Shown piece by piece: positions 28,017-38,871 of a stretch of 64,000 bases of DNA. The notes under the pieces were generated by a model that saw only the letters and a list, made by a program, of their open reading frames with translations, was not told the origin of the DNA and searched no databases. The translations under genes and the position numbers were made by a program. Within the stretch, counting starts at the first letter, position 1, and each line of letters opens with the position of its first letter. Source of the DNA: a virus; the IMG/VR virus record IMGVR_UViG_3300027782_000038. One strand, written 5' to 3'.

Positions 28017-30209
28017 ATGGAATTAATTCAATCTAAATCATTACTTGCCAAATTGATGGCAACCGAAAACTTGATTGTTGAGCAACGCAACGTATCTACC
28101 GCATCTTTTAATGTTAAAGATCGTGTTCTCACTTTGCCAATTTTAGATAAAGATATTTCTGCCGAACTTTACGATTTATTGGTTGGGCATGAGGTCGGCC
28201 ACGCTTTATGGACGGATCAAGAATTGCTCCTCCGTGGTATTGATTTGAAAATTGCACGTTCTGTACTGAATGTGATTGAAGATGTTCGTATCGAACGAAA
28301 AATCAAAAACAAATATCCTGGTATCCGGACATCTTTCATTAAAGGTTACCGTGAACTTATTGCGAAAGACTTTTTTGGTACTGCCGGTCTTGACTTAAAC
28401 GATCTTAATTATATTGATCGTGTCAACCTGTATTCTAAAGGTGGCGCAAATGCCGGTATTAAATTCATTGAGGTTGAACGTGACCTATTGAAAGAAATTG
28501 AATCTACCGAAACACCGGATGATGTTATTGTCGTTGCTAAAAAAGTAATGGAATACCTGAAAGAAGAAAAAGAGGAAAAAGAGAAACAGAATCCAAAACA
28601 GGAAAATGATCAATCTGATGATGAATTGGAAGAATCTAATTCCGATTATGATGATGAATCTGATTATGGTGATGAAGATGAAGATCAAAACCAATCTTCT
28701 TCCAATTCTGAATTTGGTGAAGAAGAAGGTGATGAATCGGAAACCGATAATTTGGGTTCACAAGCTGATACTGGTGATAAAGAAGAATCGGAACAACAGG
28801 AAAGTACCGGTAGCGAAGCTGGTAGAAAAAATGAAGAATTGAAATCACATACTGATGAAAATTTCCGTCAGAATGAAAATAAATTGTATGTTGATGACAA
28901 ACGTGTTTACTACTATGGTAATGTTCCTAACATTCCAACCAAAGATGTAATTGTTTCACATAAAGTTTTGTGGAATCGTTATCGTGAATTTTTTGTTGAT
29001 TTAGAGAAAAACAGATATTACACTGGAAATGGTCATGACCATAGTGATGCATTGAAGAACTTCCAAAAGTTGCGTACTGAAGCAAATAAAGTTGTTTCAT
29101 ACTTAGCTAAAGAATTCGAATTGCGTAAAAATGCAGATCAAATGAAACGGGCTTCTGTTTCTAAGACAGGCGATCTTAATATGAATAGAATTTTCTCATA
29201 TAAGTTTAGTGAGGATATTTTTAAGAAGATCACCGTTATTCCTGGTGGTAAATCACATGGTTTGGTTATGTTTATTGATTGGTCTGGTTCTATGAGTGAC
29301 CACCTTCAAAACACCATGAAACAATTGATTAACTTGGTTATGTTTTGCAAGAAGGTTAATATTCCATATGAAGTATATGCTTTCACAGATAACTATGACG
29401 ATAACTTCCAAATAGAAAGAAAAGTCGGTGATATTTGTGTTGGTGATTTCAAATTGTTGAATATTTTATCAAGCAAAATGTCAGCATCAGATTTTTCATA
29501 TGCTGCATCAGCTCTTGTTCGTTACAGTTCATCAAGACGTAATGTTATTTGGCCTTCATGGTTTTGTCTAGGTGGTACTCCACTAAATGAAGCCGTCATG
29601 GCAGCAATGAATGTTGTACCTGAATTTCAGAAAGCATATAAGCTTCAAGTTGTTAATACCGTATTCTTGACTGATGGTGAAGGTGCAAATAATTATAACA
29701 TTTGGACGGAGAATCCTAATCCCGGCGGCGCCTTGTACGAAGGATTCGGAGATACAAATTCATCATCTAATTATAGATGGACTCGTTACTTGACGATTCG
29801 TGATCCAATCACAAAAAATCAGCAAGTTGCTGGATCTGATTCCAATCGGGTTTTGACTTCACATTTTATTAAGTTGTTGAAAGCTCGCACCAACAGTAAT
29901 ATCGTTGGTTTCTATGTATTGTCTGGTCGTGAACTTGGTCGTAATTTGTATTCTTTCTTTGGTTCTGCAGCAGATAATTCAAAACTGAAAGCTACTTTCC
30001 GTAAAGAAAAGAGTTTAACGGTTACTTCATCAGGATTTGATGAATACTATTTGCTTCGTTCTGAAGGTCTAGATACGGAAGAAGATACTGAATTGGAAGT
30101 AAAAGAAAATGCCACAACCCGTGGTTTGGTTTCTGCCTTCACTAAGTTTTCTGGTGGACGCCAATCAAGTCGTGTTGTTTTAAATCGTTTTATTAATATG
30201 ATTGCCTAA
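28017..30209 (+). CDS. CobT-like protein: metallopeptidase-like N-terminus, acidic linker, VWA domain
   Basis: HEVGH, NVIEDVRIE, IDWSGSM (MIDAS), GTPLNEA, FLTDGE. Confidence 0.85.
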   Translation: MELIQSKSLLAKLMATENLIVEQRNVSTASFNVKDRVLTLPILDKDISAELYDLLVGHEVGHALWTDQELLLRGIDLKIARSVLNVIEDVRIERKIKNKYPGIRTSFIKGYRELIAKDFFGTAGLDLNDLNYIDRVNLYSKGGANAGIKFIEVERDLLKEIESTETPDDVIVVAKKVMEYLKEEKEEKEKQNPKQENDQSDDELEESNSDYDDESDYGDEDEDQNQSSSNSEFGEEEGDESETDNLGSQADTGDKEESEQQESTGSEAGRKNEELKSHTDENFRQNENKLYVDDKRVYYYGNVPNIPTKDVIVSHKVLWNRYREFFVDLEKNRYYTGNGHDHSDALKNFQKLRTEANKVVSYLAKEFELRKNADQMKRASVSKTGDLNMNRIFSYKFSEDIFKKITVIPGGKSHGLVMFIDWSGSMSDHLQNTMKQLINLVMFCKKVNIPYEVYAFTDNYDDNFQIERKVGDICVGDFKLLNILSSKMSASDFSYAASALVRYSSSRRNVIWPSWFCLGGTPLNEAVMAAMNVVPEFQKAYKLQVVNTVFLTDGEGANNYNIWTENPNPGGALYEGFGDTNSSSNYRWTRYLTIRDPITKNQQVAGSDSNRVLTSHFIKLLKARTNSNIVGFYVLSGRELGRNLYSFFGSAADNSKLKATFRKEKSLTVTSSGFDEYYLLRSEGLDTEEDTELEVKENATTRGLVSAFTKFSGGRQSSRVVLNRFINMIA

Positions 30210-30221
30210 AAAGGAAAAAAT

Positions 30222-30416
30222 ATGTTTAAAGAAATTGCAGCAGAAAACAAACGTGTTCGTATTGAACAGTCTGATATAGGTTATTCGGTAACTTTTTATA
30301 TGGATAACCGATTGATGAATAAATCTACCGTTCAGTCATTACATGAAGCCAATGAACTTGCCGATCAGTTTATTGAAGATAACATTTCACCAACTTTGTT
30401 GAATGAAGCGTCATGA
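30222..30416 (+). CDS. Hypothetical protein
   Basis: AAGGA SD; ATGA overlap with the next gene. Confidence 0.55.
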   Translation: MFKEIAAENKRVRIEQSDIGYSVTFYMDNRLMNKSTVQSLHEANELADQFIEDNISPTLLNEAS

Positions 30417-30697
30417 TTGAGTTTGATGACCAGACTAGGGAAGCCTTGTTAATTACACAGGAAGAATGTGCTGAAGTAACACAGGCTATCTCTAAAGTAT
30501 TCCGTTTTGGATTTGATTCCGTTTGGCCAATTGATGATTCATCTCCAAATAACAAGGAACGGTTGGAAGAAGAAGTTGGTGATCTTCTTGCCATGATTGA
30601 CATCCTTGTGGAGAAGTGTATAATATCAGATTGGAATGTCAATCAAGCAAGACATAAAAAGAGACAGAAATTAACCATGTGGTCTGGCATCAAATGA
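30413..30697 (+). CDS. MazG-like NTP pyrophosphohydrolase
   Basis: QEECAEVTQAISK..RFG, LEEEVGDL. Confidence 0.8.
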   Translation: MIEFDDQTREALLITQEECAEVTQAISKVFRFGFDSVWPIDDSSPNNKERLEEEVGDLLAMIDILVEKCIISDWNVNQARHKKRQKLTMWSGIK

Positions 30698-30814
30698 ATA
30701 TTCATGAATTAATTAATTTTTTACATCGTGTTTGGTGTTGGATACCGCATGATAATCCGGTTAGAAACGAAGTAAAAGAACTAATCAATAGATTAAAATC
30801 ACAGATTAATTAAA

Positions 30815-30985
30815 TTAAGAGTAAAATGCACTTTTCATTGTATAACGTTCATACTCTTTAAGAATCCGTTCAACGTCAGCAGGAGAGGTTGGGCGTTTTG
30901 AGGCAACATATAAGTCGAGGCGTGACTGTAAAATCTCAGAATTAATGTTGAATAGTTTGTTAAGTAGCCTAAGAAATGTTTTCAT
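30815..30985 (-). CDS. 56-aa protein, DUF3563-like (not in ORF track)
   Basis: MKTFLRLLNKLFNINSEILQSRLDLYVASKRPTSPADVERILKEYERYTMKSAFYS; AAAGGA SD; TATAAATA at 31024-31017 on the - strand. Confidence 0.7.
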   Translation of the reverse strand: MKTFLRLLNKLFNINSEILQSRLDLYVASKRPTSPADVERILKEYERYTMKSAFYS

Positions 30986-31245
30986 TTGAAGTCCTTTGTT
31001 GTTTATGATATACTTTTATTTATAAGATAATTAGTGTAACTACTAATGTATTTAAAATTATTTTTAAGAAAATATGAAATCTCAATCTGCTTTGTATGGT
31101 AAATTTAAAAAAGAATTTATAGGTCCAATTTTACCTAGAAAGATAGCTAGAGAACGTGGTATTGGTTTTGGTGTTCCTATGCCTGCTGATAAACCACCAA
31201 GATGCGATAAAAAAGATAAGAATTTTAAAATTTAATGAGGAAATT

Positions 31246-31506
31246 ATGATTAATGTATTAAAAAATAATGTAGCAGTTGAGTTGATTGAAAAAGAGAAGG
31301 TAACGGCTTCTGGTCTCATTCTTTCGGCCGCCGATCCAACTGAAGCCAACAAAGGTATCGTAATTGCTGTTGGACCTGATGTTACTTCCGTTCAGGTAGG
31401 TGATATTGTTTTGCCCAATTGGAATGGAAATACTGGTAAATTCACACATGAAGATCAAGACCTTTGGATTATTCCAGAGAAACAGATCGTTGGTATATTC
31501 GATTAG
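31246..31506 (+). CDS. groES: Co-chaperonin GroES-like
   Basis: TASGLIL, GIVIAVGP, VQVGDIV, I.EKQIVG. Confidence 0.88.
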   Translation: MINVLKNNVAVELIEKEKVTASGLILSAADPTEANKGIVIAVGPDVTSVQVGDIVLPNWNGNTGKFTHEDQDLWIIPEKQIVGIFD

Positions 31507-33322
31507 AGGTTATTATGGACGTAACGGTAGAAGAAAAATTCTTACATTGTATTAATTTGGTTTCTAAATTAAGTAGATCAATCAACAACAATACAAGAGT
31601 ATCCTTTCAGTTGAAATTGCTAGTTGATGAACTTGTTAAACTTAGTATAGAATATGACGAAGGTCCTAAACTTGCTGATCCCACAAAACCACTTCATGGT
31701 TTATATGATGACCACAAGATGGATTATGGTGTCCCTTTACCTGAGAAGGATATTTCATGGCTGACACAGACGAAGTAAACGAAATAAAAAAACCAGTAAA
31801 ACAGAAGGTTGAGTATGACGGTTATTACCGTATTGATTCAACCACTCGTGATGGTAAAGTTGTGCACATATATTGTCGTGGCCATCAATTGAAATCATGG
31901 TTAAATTTTGAGAATTCAATGAGCTCCATCATATTGTCGGAGTATCACCAGGTGACAGAAATGGAATATATGGATCATCATTGGACGGCTTATGCTTATC
32001 CTATTGATGAAGAAACTGTAACTGTTCATATTAAACAACCAGTAGAGAAACCTTTGGTCGTACAGAAACAGAAAGTTCCAAAGAATAATATCAAGACAAA
32101 GAAAAAAGTATCTAAGACTGATCGTAATATCGGTGATCTTTCCGAATTTATGAAAAAATAAACAAAAGTATTTTAAATGTTAACAAAATATAAAAGAACT
32201 TCTAAAAAGACAGGTAACTTCAGTAGAAGAACAAGGACAATTAACGCTAATGGTCGTGTAACTGAATCTTTTTCGTATAAGACACCTGGTAAAAATGGAG
32301 TAAGAAGAACTGTATCAACAAATAATAAGAGTGGTGCTGTTAAAACTACAATAACATCATTCAGTAGTAATGGATGGACTCAAGTAAGAACGAATACAAC
32401 GAATACACAAAGTAAAAAGTCTAATGGAAATTCTGTAAAATTTTTGTCTCCATCGGAAACTGGAGCACTTGCAATTTTATTACTAGTTGTAATTATTATT
32501 TGTTTTATTGTTTATTATTTTTATTGGATAATAGTAGCTTCTGTATGGGCATTAGTATTTTATACAGTATGCAAAGTGTTCGATAAACATCAAAAAAGAC
32601 TTGATGATGAGCATAACAGCAGAATTTTTTACGAACCTTATATTAACAAAGATGATTGAAATGAAACAACTAGAAATACAATTTTTCTGGCCACTAACAG
32701 AACAGATTCCCATGGATCTAGACTTTACCGAATCTGATCGGTATGCCGAAGAACTCAGAGAAGAAAAGTTGAAGAAACAAGCAAGAGAGAGTGTTGTCTG
32801 TAATATTGGTCCCACCACCACGACATGGGGAATGCCAACGATGCCTTCATTGGTTATCAATGGTAAAGATACAATTAGTTACCTGAATGTGGGTAATACT
32901 AAACTTGGTTTGAACAGTATTCCAAAGTGGTATCAGAAATTATTATATAAATTATTGGGTTTTTCATGGAGTAAGAAATAAAATGGGAATGTTTGACCAG
33001 TTATATTACAAAGACGTAGAGTATCAGACCAAAGATACTCCAGATCAAGCCTTATCGAATTACAAGATTGAAGCGGATCAGGATTCTGGTCATGAGTATC
33101 TGTGGTTGGAACATTGTGATACTGAATGGATCAAAGATGAAGGTCATATCTTTGGTGCTTACTTACAAGAATCTAATCATCATTGGGTACGGTGTGATGA
33201 CTTTGATGGTAATATTGTATTCTATCGTAATACAGATAGGACGTATAAGAAATGGAATCAATACTCTGCTCTCTTTATGAACGGTAGAATGATTAAACTT
33301 ACTAAGTGGGAAGGTGCTGATT

Positions 33323-33553
33323 ATGAATGAACGAATTAGAGAACTTGCTGAACAGGCTGGTATCACAACCAATTTGAATACTGATTACTTTGAACGAGAT
33401 ATCAACAAATGGATTGACTATTATTCGGAAAAGTTCGCCGAGTTAATTATTAAACAATGCTGTGATGCTGCCGATGACTGGTATGAAAATCAATATATGA
33501 TTCATTGTGATCCTGCTCAACATATTAGAGATAATTTCGGAGTTGAAGAATGA
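33323..33553 (+). CDS. MNER-FAELI-FGVEE paralog family, copy 1
   Basis: MNERIRELAEQAG...EKFAELII...FGVEE. Confidence 0.7.
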   Translation: MNERIRELAEQAGITTNLNTDYFERDINKWIDYYSEKFAELIIKQCCDAADDWYENQYMIHCDPAQHIRDNFGVEE

Positions 33554-33740
33554 TTAAACTATCAATTAAAGATTTGAAAAAGATCAAAGATATTGTTAAT
33601 GAACTTGGTATAGAGGAGTTTACTCTTAAACAAGAAAGTGTAAGTGGTATTGGATCAATATTGATCTTGGAGTGTGGAACATTTGTTGCAGATTATCCTG
33701 CCACAATTGTGGTTGAAGTTAACGGTGTGGAGGCTTGGTG

Positions 33741-34016
33741 ATGAACGAACAATTACAGGAATTTTATAGACAAGCAATACAATCCACTAATACGGATGAA
33801 TGCCTTGATATGCCAAATAAACAGGTACAAAGGTTGATTCTAACAAAGTATGCTGAATTGATTGGGAAAGAATATCTTGACTGTATTGATATTATGGAAA
33901 AGATTGCTAATAGTTCTAACGCCAGTATTCCTGAAAACTATGACAAATACACCTATCTTAAAACATTAGATGATCTGAAAGGTTTATTGAAAGTACACTT
34001 TGGAGTTGAAGGATGA
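33741..34016 (+). CDS. MNER-FAELI-FGVEE paralog family, copy 2
   Basis: MNEQLQEF...KYAELIGKE...HFGVEG. Confidence 0.65.
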   Translation: MNEQLQEFYRQAIQSTNTDECLDMPNKQVQRLILTKYAELIGKEYLDCIDIMEKIANSSNASIPENYDKYTYLKTLDDLKGLLKVHFGVEG

Positions 34017-34819
34017 ACCAAGAAGAATTGAAGAAAGACTACTCACTCCCATGTGTGGTATATTATATTATTGCTAATAAAAATTTCAGACAAGTATACA
34101 CTATTGATGACATTGAGAAACCATCAGAAGAACTTTTTGATTGGCATGTGTGTGATTTGATGACTTTGGGTAGATCAATCCCAGAATATGAAGATTGGGC
34201 TAGAGGATATATGGAAATGGCTTTGGAGAATAAGCAAAAAAATGCTGGATATTTACTTACATTAGAAAAGTTTTCGATAACATCATTTGACGATATTGAG
34301 ACATTTTTTGATGAAAATTGTGATAATCTAGCATTTCAGTATTTTGCTGATGATAGGCTTAATAACTATTTTGAGATTATAAAATGAATCAAGATAGGGG
34401 CGAAGAATGACCCGTAGAGCAATTAAACTGCAAGGTACTGATACCGTACTAGAGTTATCCAAGTTTGCCACGCCAAAGACCGACAAAGAGTTTATTCATT
34501 TAGACAAACTGCCTGACGGAACATGGAGATTACTGTATAATGTAGTTGGTACTGATATTAAGAATGTTTCTGCATTAACCATTGTGAGAGAAGAATGACC
34601 TTTATGTCCTTTGAAGAATACAAAGCGATTTTTCCTCCATCCGAAGAAATGGTAGAAGGAATAACCTATGAAGTCCTGAGAAACAAATACTATGATGGGC
34701 ACGAATTGACTACTGACCAGATTAAAGGTCGGATTGCTTGTGATATAGAAGTAATTCTCAGATATGACTACGAAGTACTAAAGAAAGTAGTCGAGGGAAA
34801 AAACACTGGAAGTCTCTGA

Positions 34820-35340
34820 GGACCTCCTGGAAATCCTCCGGGAAATCCTCCGGGAAAAAATCTGGAGACCTCTGGGACCTCCTGAAAAAAATTCTGAATC
34901 CTTCTGGTGGGCTCCAGAAAATAAAAATTTGAAAGATTTAGTTTGACCTGGTGGGGCTTTTTGTTGTTTCCATACAACACAGCGCCCCGCCTCACCACCA
35001 TTGCGTCTCCAGACACCAGCCCCAGCGCCGAAACCGTACCACCACACGCTCTCCGCAGCGCTCATCGCCGAAACCCTGAGCGTCCCTGAGCATTTTCTGT
35101 TGTTTCCATACAACACTTTGTTGTTTTTGTGTCACTCTGTCGCTTTCCGGCACAATATCTGCCGATACTGCTTGCTCAACCCGCCAAAACCTGTATAATG
35201 GTATCTGTTGAGTCGAGAGTGGTAGCAGTTAAAAGTGTTGTTTTTATACAACAGGTGCTTGTGACAAAAAGCAACAGGTCGCAAGATTTTAATTGACACC
35301 ACTACCAACTCCTGTATAATGGTTTTATTGAGTAGTTAAA
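34820..35340. repeat. GC-rich non-coding control region with short direct repeats, several palindromic operators and two early promoters
   Basis: Tandem AATCCTCCGGGA; identical TGTTGTTTCCATACAACAC at 34962 and 35098; CGCCGAAACC x2; -35/-10 pairs at 35172/35194 and 35293/35315. Confidence 0.7.
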
Positions 35341-35362
35341 CAGTCATTTCAAAGGAAATCAT

Positions 35363-35755
35363 ATGACTAATTTCGTTTTCGCTTGTTCGTCCGTTAACGG
35401 ACTCACCCTTCAACAAAAGCGGGAAACCGTTAAAGCGCTCCGTGCCTCGATTGCTGAGGAAGTGCTGTACCGCAAGCACGCCAAATCTGTCGCTGCTGAC
35501 GAAAAGGCGCAGTTGCGTCTTGCCAAAGCAGAAGCGCAAGCGCTGAAGCGTGAACAGGTCGCTGCTAAACGCATGAGTGCTATCGCTAAGGCGCAGGCAC
35601 GCCTTGATAAACTCATGGCGAAAGCAGTAGGTCCTGTCGGGCATAAAGCAGCACGTGCTTCGAAGCGCCCCTCTAAGGTTGTGACGTACGGCGCTGAAGA
35701 TAACGCTATCGCCGCTGCTTTGGTTGCTAAACGTGTACAAAAGGAGTTATTCTAA
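35363..35755 (+). CDS. Ala/Lys-rich basic helical early protein
   Basis: AAAGGA SD; first gene after tandem promoters; higher-GC codon usage. Confidence 0.7.
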   Translation: MTNFVFACSSVNGLTLQQKRETVKALRASIAEEVLYRKHAKSVAADEKAQLRLAKAEAQALKREQVAAKRMSAIAKAQARLDKLMAKAVGPVGHKAARASKRPSKVVTYGAEDNAIAAALVAKRVQKELF

Positions 35756-35757
35756 TC

Positions 35758-38077
35758 ATGAGTAAAACCCTCACTCTGGTCCTTACTCAGCACCAAATGG
35801 ATGTGCTTTATGACGCTCTGACGGAGTATCAAAACTCTGCAGAACCCGATGATGCTGAGGTTGCTTCTGAAGTTATATCGGAAATGTACAATCAATTGAC
35901 GGCGCAGGGATAATGAGTAAAATCATTTATGACGCTGTTGCGTTGCTGTGCTTTTCGCTGTCCGTTCTTTTCGCTTTTGTTGTCTTATCTGAGGTATTCT
36001 GAAATGCATGAAATGAATCGCTGGCACGCCAAGTGCATCCAAGACCGTGATCGTGCTGCTGAGCTTGCTCGGGTGCGTGCTGAGTTAAAAGCAAAGTTGG
36101 AAACTGCTCTGCTGATGCATCGGTTGTGCCATCCAAAAGGTAAATCGTAGGTTAACTGAGGTATACTGAAATGGTTTAAATTGCTCGCTAACATTGCTGT
36201 CGGTCTGAGCCCCGACCTGAATATGGTGAGATTCCATATTATAAGTGATTTCCGTATGAGTTGCGATAACATCAATGCATAGAATTCGCTTATAATATGT
36301 TATTTTAAATGGAGAAGTTATGCAAGATACCACTTTTGTGCAAACCTACGCTTCTGATGCGGAAAACGAATTCGACATTTTCCAGTATTCTGTGAAGGTT
36401 GGTTATTATGTCGAATACTTTGCACACCCTGAAACTGGCGAGAAATTCTATTCACCGGTCTATGAGGTTTACTATGACGATCAAGGTACCGATGAGGAAC
36501 CCGATTATTGTTCGTCCGTGATTTTTGATGATTTGAATACCGCACGTACTGACTTTGAGTATTTTGTTGAAAATTCGATATACTGAGGAATTGATTATGT
36601 TATCATGGGAAGAAATGACGCCTATTGAGCAGGCGCAATTGGTGTACTGGGATGCCTATAAGGATGCCTACGGGTTCCGCCCCCGTAATATTGACACAAC
36701 CGAGTGGTTGTTGTCGGATTTCCAAAAGGAGATTCTGGTGCTCGAGCAGGTTATCGCTGAGAATGAAGTCCAACGTAAACTGGACGAAGCGGTTGCTGCT
36801 GATAAGGTCGAGAGGACTATTCTGAACCTCTTGGAGTCCGGTGCAAAAGATCGTGAAATGTGCATCCGTTGGTTGTTAGAAGCGCATGATGCCGGTGAGG
36901 ATCGGGATTATCTGTGTTTTCTACTCGGTGTGGAGTACGGGTACTTTGATGAAAAGGTCTGAGGTCGCTCGGAGGTGCTCTGGGATTAACCAGGATTATC
37001 GGAGGCGTTGTGCCTTCAGACTTAAACCTGCCCACAGCACCACCAGTGCGACTTCACCGGCGACAATATTTCATAATGCGAAAAGTTTCATAATATGAAA
37101 TGTGGTTATTAGTGTCATAAGTGAAATTCACTGTTTTATTGGTTTCTCTAGTGGATTTCACTGATTACATTCGTAATTCCTGATTACATTATACAGGTTT
37201 CTGTATTATTCTATTATTCTCTACTATAAGGTTACTATGACTAGTGATAAAGTGAAGGTTTTTATTGTACGTGCTGAAAATGGTGGTTGCCCCGAGAGTT
37301 ATATTATGGGTGTCTATCCTACTGAGGCATTGGCGGAGGCACGTTGCGATTCGTTGGAAAACGATGAGGAATACTGTTTTGAATATATCTGGTTCCAAAC
37401 GGTTGAAGTTGGTGCTGAAGGTGTTGATTGTGAATTGTGTAACCGATAGGAGTTATTATGAAAATTAAAGAAACGTACAATGGCAATATCAAGATTAAGC
37501 TTACTCCTTATGAGTTTGCTTTAATTGAAAGGGTGTTCGGTGAGTTAACTTCTGGTATTATGAAAGAAATGGATCTTGATGTGGATCAACGGAAAGATAC
37601 ATTACGAATTTACGAAGAAATGAATGAATTTAGTGGAGATACTTTTGGACTCTAATGACGATCGGTTTGTTTGTTATGAAATGATTGCTGATACGGTTTC
37701 TGGTTATTGGTATTATGATACGGATGAGCAGGATTACGTTTTTGTGCCTGCTGATCTAAGTTAAATTCTCTTTAGTGTTGTGTGGATACAACACTATTAT
37801 ACAGGCCGCTTGAAATTGCTTGTGGTTTATCAGGATTCCTGTATAATGGTATTTGTTGTTTAAAGAAAAAGGAATTATTTTGGATAAAGAAACTGAATTG
37901 CACCGACAATTGTTGGAAATCGTCAAACAGTATTCTTCTGGTTTACTGATGGACGTTGAAATGTTAATGTGTTGTGAAACACTTCTAAAGATGTATGAGG
38001 GCGTTAAGTTGAAGCATGACCCGAATACTGGTCTGCGTGTTCCTGAAGGTTATCTCTTTACTAAAAAGGCAGTTTAA
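35758..38077 (+). other. Early small hypothetical genes (35758-35913, 35913-36002 TM peptide, ~36003-36150, 36320, ~36597, 37237, 37458, 37853)
   Basis: Short ORFs with SDs; WDAYKDAYGFRPR motif in the ORF ending at 36962. Confidence 0.55.
37776..37847 (+). promoter_or_regulatory. Early promoter with upstream palindrome
   Basis: TGTTGTGTGGATACAACA 37776-37793; CCTGTATAATGGT with -10 at 37842; -35 weak. Confidence 0.7.
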
Positions 38078-38080
38078 AAT

Positions 38081-38869
38081 ATGAAATTACTATCTGTTGG
38101 TAACCCAAAAGTCTTAAAAGGTATGTCACAAGGTTATATGACGTACATTCTGCACCTTGCACCGGCAGATGAATCAGGTTATAACGTATGTGCAAAGGCA
38201 ACGATTGGTTGTAAATCAGGTTGTTTGAATAAGGCAGGTCGTGGCGGTATGTTCAAGAAAGGCGAAACGACCAATGTTATTCAGAAAGCCCGTATTCGCA
38301 AAACCAAGTATTTCTTTGAGAATCGTGATGCTTTCATGTTGGACTTGGTTGCGGATATCAAACGTGGTATCAAGCAATCATTCAAGAAAGGTTTAATTCC
38401 TGTTGTTCGTTTGAACGGTACTTCTGACCTTTCATGGGAAAAGTATCTGGTTCCTGGTACTGAAATGAATCTGTTTCAATACTTCCCGTTCCTACAATTC
38501 TACGATTATACTAAGGTGTTAGGTCGTAAAGTTAAAGCGTTTTCTAATTATCACCTGACATTTTCTGCTGCTGATGGCAATGATGTTGACGTTGCTCGTG
38601 CAATGTTCGATGGTTACAATATCGCTGTGGTATTCGGACTGAAGAAAGGCGCTATGATGCCTGAAACGTATCTGGAAATGCCGGTGTTTAACGGTGATGA
38701 TTCTGATCTCCGTTTTCTGGATCCAAAAGGCGTGGTTGTTGGTTTGTATGCCAAAGGTCCTGCTAAGAAGGATACGACTGGTTTTGTAAAGAATGTGGTT
38801 GTTCCATCGGCGTTCAGTAAGATTATGCCGATGCCTAAGTTTCCTACTTTTTACGCAATGGTGGCCTGA
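38081..38869 (+). CDS. GP88 family protein
   Basis: LHLAPA, C..A..GC...CL...GRG, VRLNGTSD, FYDYTK, NYHLTFS, GD.SDLRFLD, GL.AKG. Confidence 0.8.
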   Translation: MKLLSVGNPKVLKGMSQGYMTYILHLAPADESGYNVCAKATIGCKSGCLNKAGRGGMFKKGETTNVIQKARIRKTKYFFENRDAFMLDLVADIKRGIKQSFKKGLIPVVRLNGTSDLSWEKYLVPGTEMNLFQYFPFLQFYDYTKVLGRKVKAFSNYHLTFSAADGNDVDVARAMFDGYNIAVVFGLKKGAMMPETYLEMPVFNGDDSDLRFLDPKGVVVGLYAKGPAKKDTTGFVKNVVVPSAFSKIMPMPKFPTFYAMVA

Positions 38870-38871
38870 TT

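Larger units (their letters stand above)
31464..34819 (+). other. Run of about 12 small hypothetical genes (31464, 31757, 32177 membrane protein, 32601, 32983, 33323, 33550, 33741, 34013, 34407, 34595)
   Basis: Tightly packed, often ATGA-overlapping ORFs with SD sequences; no recognisable function. Confidence 0.6.

Noticed and set aside
34768-35198. ORFs 34768-35016 (-), 34778-35116 (-) and 35001-35198 (+)
   Set aside because: Products of a GC-rich repetitive non-coding region; no SD and implausible composition
34962-35253. Possible mini CRISPR array from repeated TGTTGTTT(C/T)(C/T)ATACAACA
   Set aside because: Repeats are only 18-19 nt, spacers are about 120 nt, no cas genes are visible, and the same motif occurs singly at promoters, so it is better explained as an operator
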